Part shown: in pieces, positions 23,544 through 38,500 of the stretch
How the letters are laid out: each line of letters starts with the position of its first letter
Numbering within the stretch: position 1 is the stretch's first letter
Assembly: GCA_963924565.1 (NCBI GenBank)
Contig: OZ004614.1
Span: 3,720,001-3,784,000, forward strand
DNA length: 64,000 nucleotides
DNA from: Ascidiella aspersa
Taxonomy: Eukaryota
Direction of reading: 5' to 3'
Program-made: the position numbers and the translations under genes
Notes under the pieces: generated by a model
The model's input: the letters and a program-made list of their open reading frames with translations, nothing else
The model's database searches: none
What the model was told of the DNA's origin: nothing

Positions 23544-26500
23544 ATGCTGAACAAAAGACTATTACTTGCAGTTCAGGCTGTGCTAGTTTTAAATGCTCTT
23601 AGTGTCGTCTCTGAGACGCCCAGCCAGAACACAACTCCACCAGTGAAAGACAACATTACGTATCGTCAAGGTAAGAAGAACGACTGCAAACTTTGTCTTA
23701 ACTTGATCAAATTTAATGGAGCAGTATGTGTGAAATGAATAAACTGTTGCTGCCAGGCACTGTTTTAATTGTAAAATTGATCTTCTGGTAATTTTTTTGC
23801 AACTTTAGGTAAAACATTGCCTTAAAGAATATTGCCCAAGTAAGTGGTCGAAACATTTGTAATTTAGTAAAATTTTGAACAATTTTATAATTGAAAGATG
23901 TGGTGAGTCTTCCCTTTATTTTTTCGTTTGAATTCTCCGTAAATTTAAGCCAATAATAGCTAAATATAATCGCCCATGTTAAGACAAAAACGATTTCTTA
24001 ATGTAGTCAATTTTAAATCAAAAAATGCCAAGATAAAATGTAAACAGTAAGAAAAATTAGGACAGAGATAGCTTGTCTTATCTTATCACCTAAAATGTTA
24101 AAATTATAACTCAAAATGGCCCCATAATAAACTGCACTGACTAGCGATAACAAAATCACAAATTTACAAAACATCTGTTAGATAACGTAAGAATAAAAAA
24201 CGTTATACTGGGTGTTTTAGAGAAGGTTCGGTGGTTGTGATAATCTAAGTCGTCCTTTAGATGTGTGGATTTACTGGAAAACCATCAAAAATAGCATGAG
24301 TTTTTCTGAATCTTTGGAAGGAGGTTTTGGTGGGAATGCAAGTTCGACAAATCAAACAACAACGAAAGTTGCGACAACCACTGCTGTTCCAACCACCATA
24401 CCAATCACACCACCAGCTGATCCAGGTCTTCAACCAACCGTACCAGTAATTACTACCACCGCTGCGTCAACCACCTCTGCGTCAACCACCACTGCGCCAA
24501 CCACAGCTGCGTCAACCACCGCTGCGTCAACCAGTGCTGCGTCAACCACAGCTGCGTCAAAAACAGCTGCGTCAAACACCACTGCGTCAACCACCGCTTC
24601 GTCAACCACCGCTGCGACGAACACCACTACGTCAACCACACCTGCGTCAAACAACACTGCGTCAACCACAGCTGCGTCGAACACCACTGCGCCAACCACC
24701 GCTGCATCAACCACAGCTGCGTCAAACACCACTGCGTCAACCACAGCTGCGTCAACCACAGCTACGTCAAACACCACTGCGTCAAACACCACTGCGTCAA
24801 CCACAGCTGCGTCAACCACAGCTGCGCCAACCACCGCTGCATCAACCACAGCTGCGTCAAACACCACTGCGTCAAACAACACTGCGTCAACCACTGCTGC
24901 ATCAACCACCGCTGCGACAAACACCACTGCGTCAAACACCACTGCATCAACTACCGCTGCGTCAACCACCGCTGCGTCAACCACCGCTGCATCAACCACC
25001 ACTGCGTCAAACACCACTGCATCAACCACCGCTGCGACAAACACCACTGCGTCAAACACCACTGCGTCAACCAACGCTGCGTCAACCACCGCTGCGTCAA
25101 ACAACACTGCGTCAACCACTGCTGCATCAACCACCGCTGCGACAAACACCACTGCGTCAAACACCGCTGCGTCAAACACCACTGCGTCAACCACCGCTGC
25201 GTCAACCACCGCTGCATCAACCACCACTGCGTCAAACACCACTGCATCAACCACCGCTGCGTCAAACACCACTGCGTCAACCACCGCTGCATCAACCACC
25301 GCTGCGACAAACACCACTGCGTCAACCACCACTGCGTCAAACACCACTGCATCAACCACCGCTGCGTCAAACACCACTGCGTCAACCACCGCTGCATCAA
25401 CCACCGCTGCGCCAACCACAGCTGCGTCAACCACCGCTGCGTCAACCACAGCTGCGTCAACCACCGCTTCGTCAAACACCACTGCGTCAACCAACGCTGC
25501 GTCAACCACCGCTGCGTCAAACAACACTGCGTCAACCACTGCTGCATCAACCACCGCTGCGACAAACACCACTGCGTCAACCACCGCTGCGTCAAACACC
25601 ACTGCGTCAACCACAGCTGCGTCAAACACCACTGCGCCTACCACAGCTGCGTCAACCCCAACTGCGTCAAACACCACTGCGTCAACCACCGCTGCATCAA
25701 CCACAGCTGCGTCAAACACCACTGCGTCAACCACAGCTGCGTCAACCACAGCTGCGTCAACCACCGCTGCGTCAACCACCACTGCGTCAACTACCGATTC
25801 AACCACAACTACCATAGCGACGACGACAACAACACTAACCGACCCTGGTTGTGGTCAAACGTGCATCGGATGTGATGGTCCTTGCACACCAGACCCTGGT
25901 GATAATGACTTGTGCATTTGTTCGTGTATAGAAGGGTTCGAACCAACTGAAGGAAACAGAAATTGCAAACCAGGTAATAATCCTGTTAATCTATTAATTT
26001 TTTTTATTGCTTGTGTTACAAGGCTGCAGCTTATATGAACCATATATCCTTTTTTGAGATTACGAGCACAGTTTTTGTCGTTATTTACATGTCATTTGTC
26101 CAAATATTTCGCATTTATTTCGTTATGCTTTAAAATTATTTTCAAAGACCTATCATTACGCTTATCAGAAGCGCAAGATTTTGTTTTACATGTTTGTATG
26201 TACTTCATTTATAAGATTGGCACAGTATGCAAAACTGTGTCAAATGATTTTATGTATTAATGTTTCGCTCAGAGCTAGGGCTTGACAAACAACGAGAGTG
26301 GCGTGTTTAAGTCGACATACCGTAAAAAAAAACAATGTAGATGACGTTTGGTTTTAGTACTCATGCTACTTACAAAGAAGAATAGCAATACCAAAACATC
26401 TAACTCGTATAACCCGTCATGCACTTGTGTTATAGTTTATTGCCCAGAAGAAGTGGTTTCTTATAAACCCGAAGTAGAAGCAACAGTCGAAGTAACCTTC

Positions 26501-29500
26501 CAATCAACACAAGCCGGGTATTCGACATATTCAACTACAACTTGCCCTGAAGAATCCAATAACGGTTCAATAAATCGTTTCTAAATTCATGTTAACCTAA
26601 CATAGTTATTTTTTCGTTAATTGTTTTATTCCAGTGAATATTAATTTTTTTATGGCTAACGGCACCTCGTAGAAATAATAAATAGATTTTTGTCACCCAG
26701 ACTGGAATTTTCGTTAAGCATTTTACTGAAATGTCACTAGAAATGGAACTTGAACAACACAAACAACTTAAAACATGTGGGAAAATTTCATTTGGTATAA
26801 TGTTCTTTAATCGTACACAAATAGTTGTATCAAGAAGCTAACCGATTGAACAAAAATCAGATTTTAAAACTTCGCAATATCTCTCGGCACCCTTGAGCAA
26901 TAGAGATGGCACCCCAGGGCGCCGCGGCACCCCGGTTAAGAACCACTGTTTTATTCTATCATTTGATTTACAGGTAGAATCCCCTACGGAACCAGAGCAT
27001 GTAATATTGCAGGATTGTGGCTTGAACCAACTTGGCTGTCAAGTTGTGGTGTTACAATTGAGGTAGGAGACAATCTTTTTTACCAAGAGCATTAAAGCAG
27101 AGTCAAACCTTTCATGCCACAAACTGATTCACATATTCCCTGCGAATTTGCCTACGATGTAGTTCATAAATTTAACTATAGCGTATTTTCATGGTAAAAT
27201 TGGTAGTTTTTTGTCGTCATAAGCAGTATAAAATGAAAAGAAACATCATCTTGATATTAGTTTAAAATAATGCGTATCAGACTATAAAGAAGGCGGTAAC
27301 ATTGAGCTGTAAGCCTTTGCCACGTTAAGTGACTTTCTTCATAAAATTGCTTTAATTTGCGAGCCGCCCTGTTTAAATACAATATGTATGGACGCCGTTT
27401 TTAGTTGGTAAGAATATTACTGTTATAAAAGATAATGCGTATGAGTCTAGCGGTTACATTAAGCTTCAAGTCTTTCACTTGTTCAGTGACAATCGTAATG
27501 AAATTGTTTTAATTTTCGAGCCGCCCTGTTCAAATTTTTAGCTGTTTAGAATATTACTGTTATAGATTGCGATTAAAACTCACCCAAAACTCACAACATT
27601 TCCAGAATCTCGCAAACACCAAGATTGAAACTGTTATTTGCAAGAAATTTAGCTCAAGTTAAGTGATAAAGTTATTTTATTTTGGTTTATTGTCTGTGAC
27701 AGGAGGTCGTGAGTTCGAACCTCACTGTAGGCTAGTTGTTTTTCTAGTCTGCCCTGCTTGCATCATAGATGAACAGACTCGGTGAGTCTGCGATGGCTTT
27801 CGGTGTACTAATTATACGTAAGCCGTAGTCGTTCGTCAAAAAGCAGCTTCGAAGGGCTAGATCTCAGCTATTAACACACATATGTGTGAATGTTTCATTG
27901 TCTGTGACAGATAAAAACTTCAGTCGACATCATCAACTTTCAATGGTAGCTGAGGATGGCTGATGTCAACATTGTGCTATTTTTAAGTGTTTTATATTTC
28001 AAGTTGAAATTGGAACATTGTTGACTTCATTGAAAGTTGATAGTGTCGACTGAAGTCTTTATCAGTCAACATATAATAAATACAATGATGGTTACACAAC
28101 CGCAGTTCCTTATTCAAATAGAATTAGGGCCTATTACACAATTAAATAGGTCATAAATCACTTACATCAAAATGTGCTTTAGCAAGCTCACTGTTAATCT
28201 TAACACTTTTTTTACACAAATCAAAGCACGATTACTCTGTATAGAGTCTCGCAAACACCACGATCTCTTCCGAAGAGGACCGACAAGAAGTTGCGAACGA
28301 TCTTGAAGTGATCACGTCTAATCCTGAGGAGTTGGAAGAGGAGAACATCGCTGAGGTGGTGGAAGTCCTGGAGGAAGTTGTCGACACTCCAACTCTTTCT
28401 CCTGAGGTAAAGCGCTTGGTTGAGACCAAGGGTTCTCAGCCTTTTTTACACCGTTGGCCCCATTGACAATTTTGAGGAATCAATACCCCCCTATTTTGTT
28501 CAACCTTTTGAAATAAAAAGAAACGTCATTTTAATTAAAAAAATGGTTTATACACTAAACGGTAGTTAAAATGATAAAATGATATACATTTTTAAAAATT
28601 TGTCTATGGCTTGTACTCTAGTCTCTCGTGTTTACATTTAAATTGCTACAAGGCTTGTGCAGTAAAAACTAGTAAAACTAGTTTACTAACAATTGTTATA
28701 TTGGATTAAAAAAAAAAACTGTTGTTGGATTTTGAAAAAGCAGAGTAGTTTTAAAGTTTATTTTTCTTTATTTTGTCTGTTCTTTGATAGTTTTCATTCA
28801 GTTTAAGACCAGTATCCTGGTAATTGTTTCACATGCGTATTTTGTAGACTGCCAGTTCGGTTGTGGTGACGGTTGGAAATCTTTTAGAAGCTTCTGATGA
28901 AGATCTTGAGAACAGCGACCAGACTGACGAGTGAGTTGAATTTTTTTACTTCATTTTAGTGCATTGTTTACTACTGCAATGTCGATCGCTATAGTGGTCC
29001 TTGCTCATATCAATTGAGTCAAAAACGCGGTAAACTTCACCTGATAAAACCATTCCAAATAAAAAAGTTATATATAGATGTAGTTCAAATCCAACGATAT
29101 ATTCAGTTCTTAATCAGGTACTACAAGGGAGTTCCCAGGTCGTTTTTTCAAATACCGTGGCCTAAGCAGTGGGACACAATGACTTGACTGGACTTGACTT
29201 GTCCTTTAAAAAAATTATTTGACTTTAGTTCAGGTAAATGACAATTACATTAGTATACAGTGGTTTAATTGAACACATTTTTCTTAACAAAGGTAACTTA
29301 CCTGAATTTCTAGACGTAAATAGTGCTTGCTATTCCTTTCTTTCTTAGTGCTTGCAAGTATTGTTTGGAATTACTAATTAGTTTATGATTTAGTTTTGAT
29401 GGGAATCTTGAATTAAATGTGACTTGCTATGGTAATGAGTTGACTGGGTTAATCATTGAATTTGGCTGGAAATTGACTTGATATTTAATAAAAATAAACT

Positions 29501-32500
29501 TGAAGTTGACTTTAGACTTCTTGTTACCTTCAAGGCCCGTTTACACTACAGCTGCACTGAGCAGAGCAAAGCGTAACTTGCATTTAAATTCTATTGTGGC
29601 GAGCGTTTCACGCTTTGCTAAACCCAAGCCCCGTGCAGCTATAGAAAAACGTTACGTTTTGTCGCGATTTTTACGCCCAGCGCAGCTCAGTGCAGCTGTA
29701 GTGAAAACAATTTCATGCCCAGTGCAGCTCATCTCCGCTCACTGTAGCTGTAGTGTAAACGGGCCTTAACCGAAGAGTTTTATTTTAAAGCTGCCTTTGT
29801 CTAAATCTGCCTTTATTTAGAGATTTAAATGAGGTGTTAAGGCTGTCCGAATGCTTGTGGTACAACAGTGGCACCTCATACTCCGTTAAAAAGTTCTCGT
29901 TTAGGAAGGTTTTTTGACTCGTTGCAGAATTCTCGAGACGTTGGACGCAGTTGGAGAAAAGGTTGAACTTGAAGAAGGCAGTGAATACCAAGAAGTTACG
30001 AGCACAGTCGCCATCGCTGTTGTAGAACCAACGCAAGAAGGTGGGTGTTTTGCCCTGATTCTAAAACTGTATGCCGCGCGTAACAGGGCTGTGTAGTCGG
30101 TTTAACATAACCCGAGTTGGACTTCGGCCAAAACAAATATTACTCTATAGCTAGCAAAACAAACCGACTGCGTAGAGGTCCAGAGTACAGAGTCCGACTC
30201 CGGCTAAATGTGCGATTTTTTTCAAGTTCGACTCTACAGTCAGCATTTCACCCATTAACGTAACTAAAATAACGTGGACATTAAGCAATTCAATCATAGG
30301 GGTGTCATATGACTCACCCACCTGTCTAAACGGCGTGAGTAAAGTCTATAGTCATTATGTTAAGAAAAACGAAATCAAGATTGTGTTTAAAAACAGTGAC
30401 TTAAGTGCACTAAGTCAAGTCGTTAAATAAGTCTCTACAAGAATGGTAAGTGACAAAAGGACAAGTATCCGTACTTTAACTTTTAGATGCGGTGTCAGCA
30501 GTTGGTTAAGACTAGTCATTTAAAAAGGGTGACTTAAGTGCACTAAATCAAGCAGTTGAATTAAGTCACTAAAAGATTGCCAAGTGACGAAAATACATGT
30601 ATGATTACTTCAACTTTCAGACGCGGTGTTAGGAGTTGGTTACGGGGTTCGAGCTTTGTCAACTTCCCAAGAAGAAGGATTCAGATCGGATCAGTTGCAA
30701 TTATTCAACGGGAATCCTGATGGGGATTTTTCTTCCTACATCACTGTTCCATTTGCAGCTAATAATCAGAATAAAGGTAAGAATAGAATATGAAATAAAA
30801 ACCAGTTACTGTTACCTGTGTAAACCAACGGTATCCAAACTTTTCTAAAAATTTGCCTGGTGGACCCTTAAATATTATTTTGATATTTCGCGGCCCTATA
30901 AAAATCAAAGAATGCTATAGAAAAAATGCAAAATCACACCAAAGAAAAAAAACAAAAACTATCAAATATGCTAAACGTTTAATGGGATGGGTGCACTTGT
31001 TTTGCTGCATTAACTCATCAATGGACCCGAAAAGCTTTATTATCGAATCACAATTATTGCTGTAGCCTATGTATACATTGCAAACCCTCTGAAACTGCTT
31101 GAAAGCTTTGAAGACTAATTTCTCATTGCGGACCCTCTGAAACTGCTGTACGGACCCCAGTTGGTCCACGGATCCTAGTTTGGGAACCGCTGGTACAAAC
31201 GAACAACGTGTGATAAATAGAATTCACTATGAAAGGCTTTGTGGCGAGCGTTTTTGGTAGGTCGTTATATGTGATTATCAGGGGCGGATCAAGCGGTGGT
31301 GCGGTCAATATTTTCATATTCGGATTAATATTTAAACTTTAAAGGAACGACAGTTAGTTGATTTAGCATCTCGTGCTTTGTAAAGGCTATAGTTTCAGCG
31401 CCCTTTAGTTAAGCTTAACTTGGTAATATTTTACTTTTGAAATAAAGTAAGGAAAACATCTGCTAAACAAGGCAAACGAGTGTAAACTTAGCCGTATAAA
31501 TGACACGGTACGGACATGACGTAAATAAAATAAAGCTTATTAAATGCTGTTGAGCATATCCACCGTTACGTTAGCTTCACAGAAATGTGAAAGGCGGTGT
31601 GCTGTGTAAGCCAGAGCGGGTCTTAAAACCAACAATGAAACTAAAACGAAATGAAAATGGTAAATGTCTAACAGAAACTTTCCAGTGTCCAATATTGAGT
31701 TATTGCGTTTTGTTTCTTAAAACCGTTTTACTTGTTGTAACTGGTGCTACGACAAAAGGTTTTGTTCAGTCGTAAAAGTGCCACCTGACTGTTCTTAAAT
31801 AATAAAAAAAAAATAAGAAACAGAAACAAAATGCAGCTTTGCAGTACAAAACAGGGGCGGGGGTAACCAAACTACGACCCGCGCCCCAGATGCTATTCTT
31901 TGGCTTGCGGCATATTGCCATAGTGAAGATAGAAAAATCTAAATTTTGAACTTAACGGTAATTGAAAAAAAAAATGTTTAGGTTTCCTTATTTTCTATGA
32001 TAATAAATCAAGTTTACAGATTTCGACACAAAATTGCATATCCGGTGCGGGATTGTCAATCTTTTTGAAAACCCAGCCTTTAACGAAAAAAATTTGTGAA
32101 TTCTGATTTTTTTGTTAGTATAATTGATTTTTTATTATTATAATAAATATAAAACTATCGCAACCTCGTTAATTTTATGCTTTCAAGGAAACTCTGTCAG
32201 TCTGAAATTGACTTTGAAAGTGCTTAAACAGAGATAACATCTTACAGATAAATGTTTCAGATTTTATACGAAAAATGCTAGCATAAGATCTACCTTTAAA
32301 ATATTTGAATTTGCACAGAACCCAATTGAGAATGCTTTAACATAAGAGCGATCTAAAAACTAGCTTTTTTGTGAAGATTTTCGCACGAGTTTCTACGCGT
32401 TCTCCGACGATAGTTTGTTCCAAAGCAGCAAGAGTTCCAGCCTTAAGTTCACATCTTTAGTCGTGCTTGCTGCTACTGTGGTGGGAGAAAGTAGCTTCAC

Positions 32501-35500
32501 AACTGAACTCCAAAACCCTGTCGTCATTAAACTGGCTCTACAGAAACTGGTTTGTAATGCTTATATAATATTTAAAAAATAAAATTGGTTTCAAATTGAT
32601 TTGAGTCATTTTCGAATAAAGTTTTGAAAATGCGTAAAAAAATGCCTTGATTGTACTTGATTAAAGTGTTTGGACATAGAACTCAGGTCTTTGGAGCAGG
32701 CGTAAATGTTAAATTGCTCCGGCTCCAGCTCCTGAGCTTATTAATACCACTGCTCCGGCTCCAGCTCCGGCTCCATTACATCAACAATTGAGGTTTAAGG
32801 ATAAACGCTAAATTAGCAATATCTAGCGTTTCAAAATAATCACAAACAAAACACCACAATAAAAAAATTCAAAAAAAAAACACCACAATGGTTACTTAGA
32901 AAAGGTGGCGCCAAAAAGAGGCAACAATTCTTAATTTTGTAAAGGGTTGCTGTTGAACTATGTGACTTCAGCCATTAGTAATAGCATAGCATCTTATGAA
33001 ATACATCGGATCCGGAGCTATTTTTTACACAACTGCTTCAGCTCCTGCTCCGGCTCCGTTTGAATTTTACGTAGAGCTCCGGCTCCAGCTCCGGCTCCAG
33101 CTCCGGCTCCGTTTCAAATGCACGGCTCCGGAGGTCCGGCTTCAAAGCCCTGATAGAACTTGCTTTGCAATTAAGGCATTTATGCCAAGATTAAACTACT
33201 CTTAGGTTTTTCAATTCAATTTTTTTTCCAAAATATTGACATTTACCTAAAATTTCGATGTCTAAAATGTGTTTGCGATTTGCTTCATTTTTGTTGTTTT
33301 CTATGCGTAATATTGCTTTGGAAGACCTTACATACTCTTTTTAATAGTTCAACATTTATTTGTAATGCGAAATGGACTTGATATTTATTGAAAATGGGTT
33401 GACTTGGACTTCAATCATTTTTAAATGACTTGTTTATAATATTACACTGATATTATATACATTCTAAAATCGTTTATAAACGGGCCTAATAAAACAAATC
33501 AGCTGCTAAACTTGGTGTTACTTTTGTTGTTTAAATTGCAGATTTAATTTAATATCTTTTTCTTTCCAGGTCAGCGAATCCAACCCGTATCTTCGCGAGA
33601 ACACACTGTGCAGTTATTGGCACAACGATTCGTGGTCTCAGGCGGGAATGAGGCTTGTTGAACTCACTCAAGACTCGGTTACATGTGAGAGCGACCACCT
33701 CACCAACTTCGCAGCTCTTTTTGTAAGTTAAATATAAATTAGAATGTATATTGTAGTAAGGATATCAAAGCCCATTCAGAAGTAACGTTTCAAATAATTT
33801 TTATTCATTTTCAACATAAACTACTACGTCTTACCACAACCTCCAGGAATTATGCTTTTAAGTGTATCGTAGTAAGAATAACAAAGCCCATACAGAAGTA
33901 GGTTTTGAACGTTTCGAATAATCCCTTATACTTTACCGCTCTTTTTGTAAGTTTGATAATTGCCTAAGTTGTACGTTTTAGTCACAAAGGCAGCAGTTGT
34001 GAATTTGTGGTCTCTATAGGTTGTATAGGTTCTAGCGCTAAGTTTTTTGTAAGGTTTGCCAAAGCTGAAGATTTTTGTTGTCATGTAAAAGTTCCCAATA
34101 AAAAATACATGTTATTCGTCTCTGTAAAACAATTGCAGTAATGACTCTAGTGCAGTGGTTCTTAACCAGGGTTCGATTGAACCCTTGGGGTTGGACGAAG
34201 CTGTTTCAAGGGATCGGCGAGAGCGTCCTCTGAAACATAAATGCTATTATTTCAAGCTAAAATCGAATCTCTTTTGTGTGCCAAGGTGTCACGTAACGTA
34301 ATAAATTAAAAGTTCGGCCAATTTAACCTATATAAATGCAAGTTTATAATTTGATTATGCCCAGTTTCAGCTGCTAGAAGGAAGAAACTAAAACTGAGCG
34401 AAAATTTGGGGTTCGACGAACGCTTGCAGAATAACGTAGGGGTTCGACAGGTTGCCCAGAGTTAAGAACCACTGCTCTAGTTGTGAACTGCCGTAGCAAA
34501 ATTGAAATGTTTTTACAGTATTATACTGAGTACCGAACATTTCTTCTTACTAATTTCCGATATATTTTAGGACTCTATAAATCTAATGCCTGTAGCATTT
34601 GACTTAATACTTTTGCTGAGGAGCAAACACAAATAGAAAAACGTTACTATTTTTCAGAACCCAAACTTCGCCGAATCACGGGCACTGGACATTGTTACAA
34701 TGGTCGGATGCTGTGTGTCCATAATATTTCTCGTCGCTTTGCTTGCACATATACTGATTAAAAAGTAAGTTAAACTCGTTTTTCAGCACACATCAAGCTT
34801 TTACATTTTTGTTTTAGTTTACAATATTTTATGGAATAAATTACGCTTGAAATGCATCTTCAGCCGCTAGTGTTCATACCAGCTTGTCAAAACAATGCTA
34901 GTTCTCTATTAAAAGGAACCACCCACTTTTTGACTCAACCCTTTAAAACGTTTTCTGTTTTTTATGCGGCCACAAAACAAATGCCTACCACGGTAAAAAT
35001 AAATTAGTAAATAAACTGCTACTCTTATCGTAGCTTGATAATAAAATTCGAAGCCCATAACTTTGAGAAGATCACAATGTTCGGGGTACCAGTTACTAAA
35101 ATAAATAAGCATCGTACTTTTCTATAGACACCATACAGGTTAAGTATTTCAGGGCTAAACGCTCAGTTGGTTCAAATTGATTTCGAGCGACGAAAGAAAT
35201 GCAATTGTGTCGTAGGTCGAAGGTAAAAATATCGACATCACCCTGATGCGTTTTGATACGTCCTTGTATCAACATCAGTTAATGTTAATTGTATTTTAGT
35301 CAAATTTACTGATCATGAAACCAGAGCGTTTCGAAACATCTTAATCAAGATGACGTCGATTTACTCGATATTTTGGCTTTGTAATTTATTATCAAGCTAC
35401 ATTACAGATCAGCGCATAGTGAAACTAATCATATCATCTTGTCAAAACACTGTTTTTAAAACTTTTTTTTTTTTTTTAAGTTTTATATTATTTGCTTCAT

Positions 35501-38500
35501 AATACCAAAAAGCCTCTTTCTGTCATTTTTTAGGCAAAAATCGCCCACCGGGGGGCGCTCGCGATTGAGTCGAGGCTCATTTTTACAATCCAGCCTCGCG
35601 GTGTCGCTGTTAAGCCTTAATATCTTCATGATTTTGAGCGAGATCGAGTTAATTGTGAGGTCACAAGAGGCTTGCGTCGCAGTCGCCGTGCTCATCCACT
35701 ATTTTCTTCTGACGTCATTATGCTGGATGACGGTTGAAGCCCTCACAGCGTTTCTGGCGACTTCCTATGTAAGTCAACCGCAGTACGGTTTTTACCAAAG
35801 TTCCCGCCGACCAGTTCGAGATACAATCCCCAAAGTAGCTGCTAAGGATAAGGATTGACTTTTTTTATTTCTTAACCTTTTTTACTTGGGGCGCACGTAG
35901 AAATGTATGAAAACGTGGCGGCGCACCTTGCGAGTGAAGCAATCGCGAAATTTTTGAGCTGTACCGGTATTTCTCTTGAATTGACTGCAATTTTTTTATT
36001 ATATAGGTTTTATAGTTGCCTATCTTTAAAGGGACTCCAGCCTTTAAGACGAAAAACGCTATTTTGTCCATTTAAGTCCTATTTTGATTAATTTTGGACT
36101 TATTTCGACATGTTGGGGTCTTATCTAGACTATTTTAGATTTTATTCTGTCGTGGTTATCACTGCGAATATGGCTTTATAATGTCGGTGGTCTTAATAGG
36201 CCTACTATGGTAGCCTAATATAGATACATTGTCTGATTTAGATATTGTTGCTTTGCATAGGTCTTATTGCGTTTTCTACTTGAAAGGCTTGTCGAATCAA
36301 TGAGCTAAGCTTAATAGGAAGTAAAAAATATGTTTTATATAATAGGACCTACATTATTTTTTCCTTCTGCTCGAGGCGCACCGGGCAGCCTTCCATGGCA
36401 CACCGGTTGAGAAACGCTGAGCTACAGCTTGTCTCTAACCACGACATTGCAAACTGCCTTTAAAATGCGTCTGATTCTCTCGGTATCCACCTGACGAATG
36501 GCGATCCAAATGACGCAATACAAAGCTAATCGCACACAAAGACGCAGCGCTAAAAAAACGGAGACTGCCAATTTTCACAGAAAGTCCTATCCCCCAGAAA
36601 AAACGTATCGCGCGGCCAGCCGATCCGAAAGGCGATTTACCCATTATTTCGGCACAAAGGTACTTTTAAATTTGCGACACAGATGTTTGTTTTGGGAGGC
36701 GTGAACATAGTTTCCATTTTTTCTTATGGTTAAGATCTAGAATTACAATAAATTTAATCTAGAAACATCTAGACTTTTTGTAGAGAAACGTAAAAAATAA
36801 TCTAAAATAATTTTTAAAAATATTGAATACATTTGGACAATAAAACAACATTAAAGCTTAATGCCGTATAAAGTTACATAAAAGTTTTTGTTTGAAGCTT
36901 TAGATCTAAGATTTTCTATTTTATAAAACATTTTACTGAACATGACCAGTTTCCGAAATTTTGATTTTATACCTTAATATTTATTTTCAATCCGCAAAAA
37001 TTTTAAACTTTTTAAATTACTGAAATATTTAACCTGGATAGCGAATCTGTCACTAATTAGATTATATTATATTATTTTTATAATAATCTAAAAAACATTT
37101 AAGATCTAGATTGTATAATCCAACATCTAGAATCAAACCAAAACATCTAAATCTAAATTAAAATAATCTAGAATGGCAACTATGGGCGTGCGCTTGATAC
37201 TCAAAATACCAGGTGTCGGAATGGAATTAAATACCATTCTTTATTATCAATAAGTATATGCAGCAATGAATTGTAAAGCCAAAAAGGTCGAGTAGATCGA
37301 CATCATCTTGATTAAGACGTTTCGATACGATCTTGTATCATCTTTAGTTAATGTAATAGGTTTATTATCAAGCTACATTACAGATCCGTGAATAGTGTAC
37401 CCAAATATATGAAACAAATTTACATTCTTAACAAACATTAGAGGGCATGAATAATTTAGGACGAAGAGCTGTGTGTCGTTTTTATGTCTCGTAGCTAAAC
37501 TTAATTGTGGTCTATTTTTATTTTCAATTTAATCATTTTTAATTATTTGACCATTTGACCATACTATATTTTGACCTTCAAGTTATTTAGTATGGAATCG
37601 AATCGTGGAAAAAATGTTAGGTACTGTAATGTAATAAAATACCAAGTATGGAATAGAAGAAATAGTTTTCTGTATCTTTCAGCCGTTCTACATGAACAAT
37701 TTATCCAACAAGAAATTATACATATCAACAATTCTGCTTGGTTGGCTGCTGCCTGCAGTTTTTGTGGCAATTCTTCTGGCTGTAGATCTGTCCTTCTACA
37801 AGCGACAAGACGACACGTAAGTTAGTCTGAAGCAGCTATTCTCAAACATTGCCGCTGCACATTGACCAGAAGCTACACAGCACAAAAAAAAAGTCAAAAT
37901 AAACTTATTTACGACAAAAATTTTAGAAAAAAAATATACCACAATAATAAAAATGGTCTATATTTTTAGAATATTAATATATTTTTTGGAATATGCACAT
38001 TGGTATTTTTTAAGTGTGCTTTTATAATTCAGTAGTGCACCATTCATATGACAATTAAAGGCCGGTATAAGCATGCAAGTAAGAGTAATATGCACACTTT
38101 CGTTGAGAAAACTGATATTAGGATATTTATCTATTGCAGTGCTGTGTATTAAGGCTGTTTGTTAAGTTTATTTTACGGTATTATTGTTTTGTAGAAAAAA
38201 TGCCTTGTTTTTTTATTTATTTTTATTTTTTTTCTTAGTTTGCCCAAACTAAAAAATTAAGAAACACAGGCCGAGGTAGCATTTTTCACGAAAAAAATCC
38301 AATACAATTGATCAAGTAAAGGACAAAATAAATTGTTGTGTCGTTTTACCAAAAATTAGATCTTGTTGCCGTTAGTTTTCTATGTTTTCAAGTCTTTGTC
38401 TTACATTTTTCAGTTATCGAAAAAGGTTCTCCTTAGTTTTTCTTATTTTTATTACTTTAGGTGCTGGCTGATAGATGAATACATTTTATATTTCTCTGGA

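Noticed and set aside
24430-25817. Long alternative-frame and antisense ORFs (461, 427 and 224 aa)
   Set aside because: Shadows of the stop-free 15-bp coding repeat; only the S/T/A frame joins neighbouring exons.
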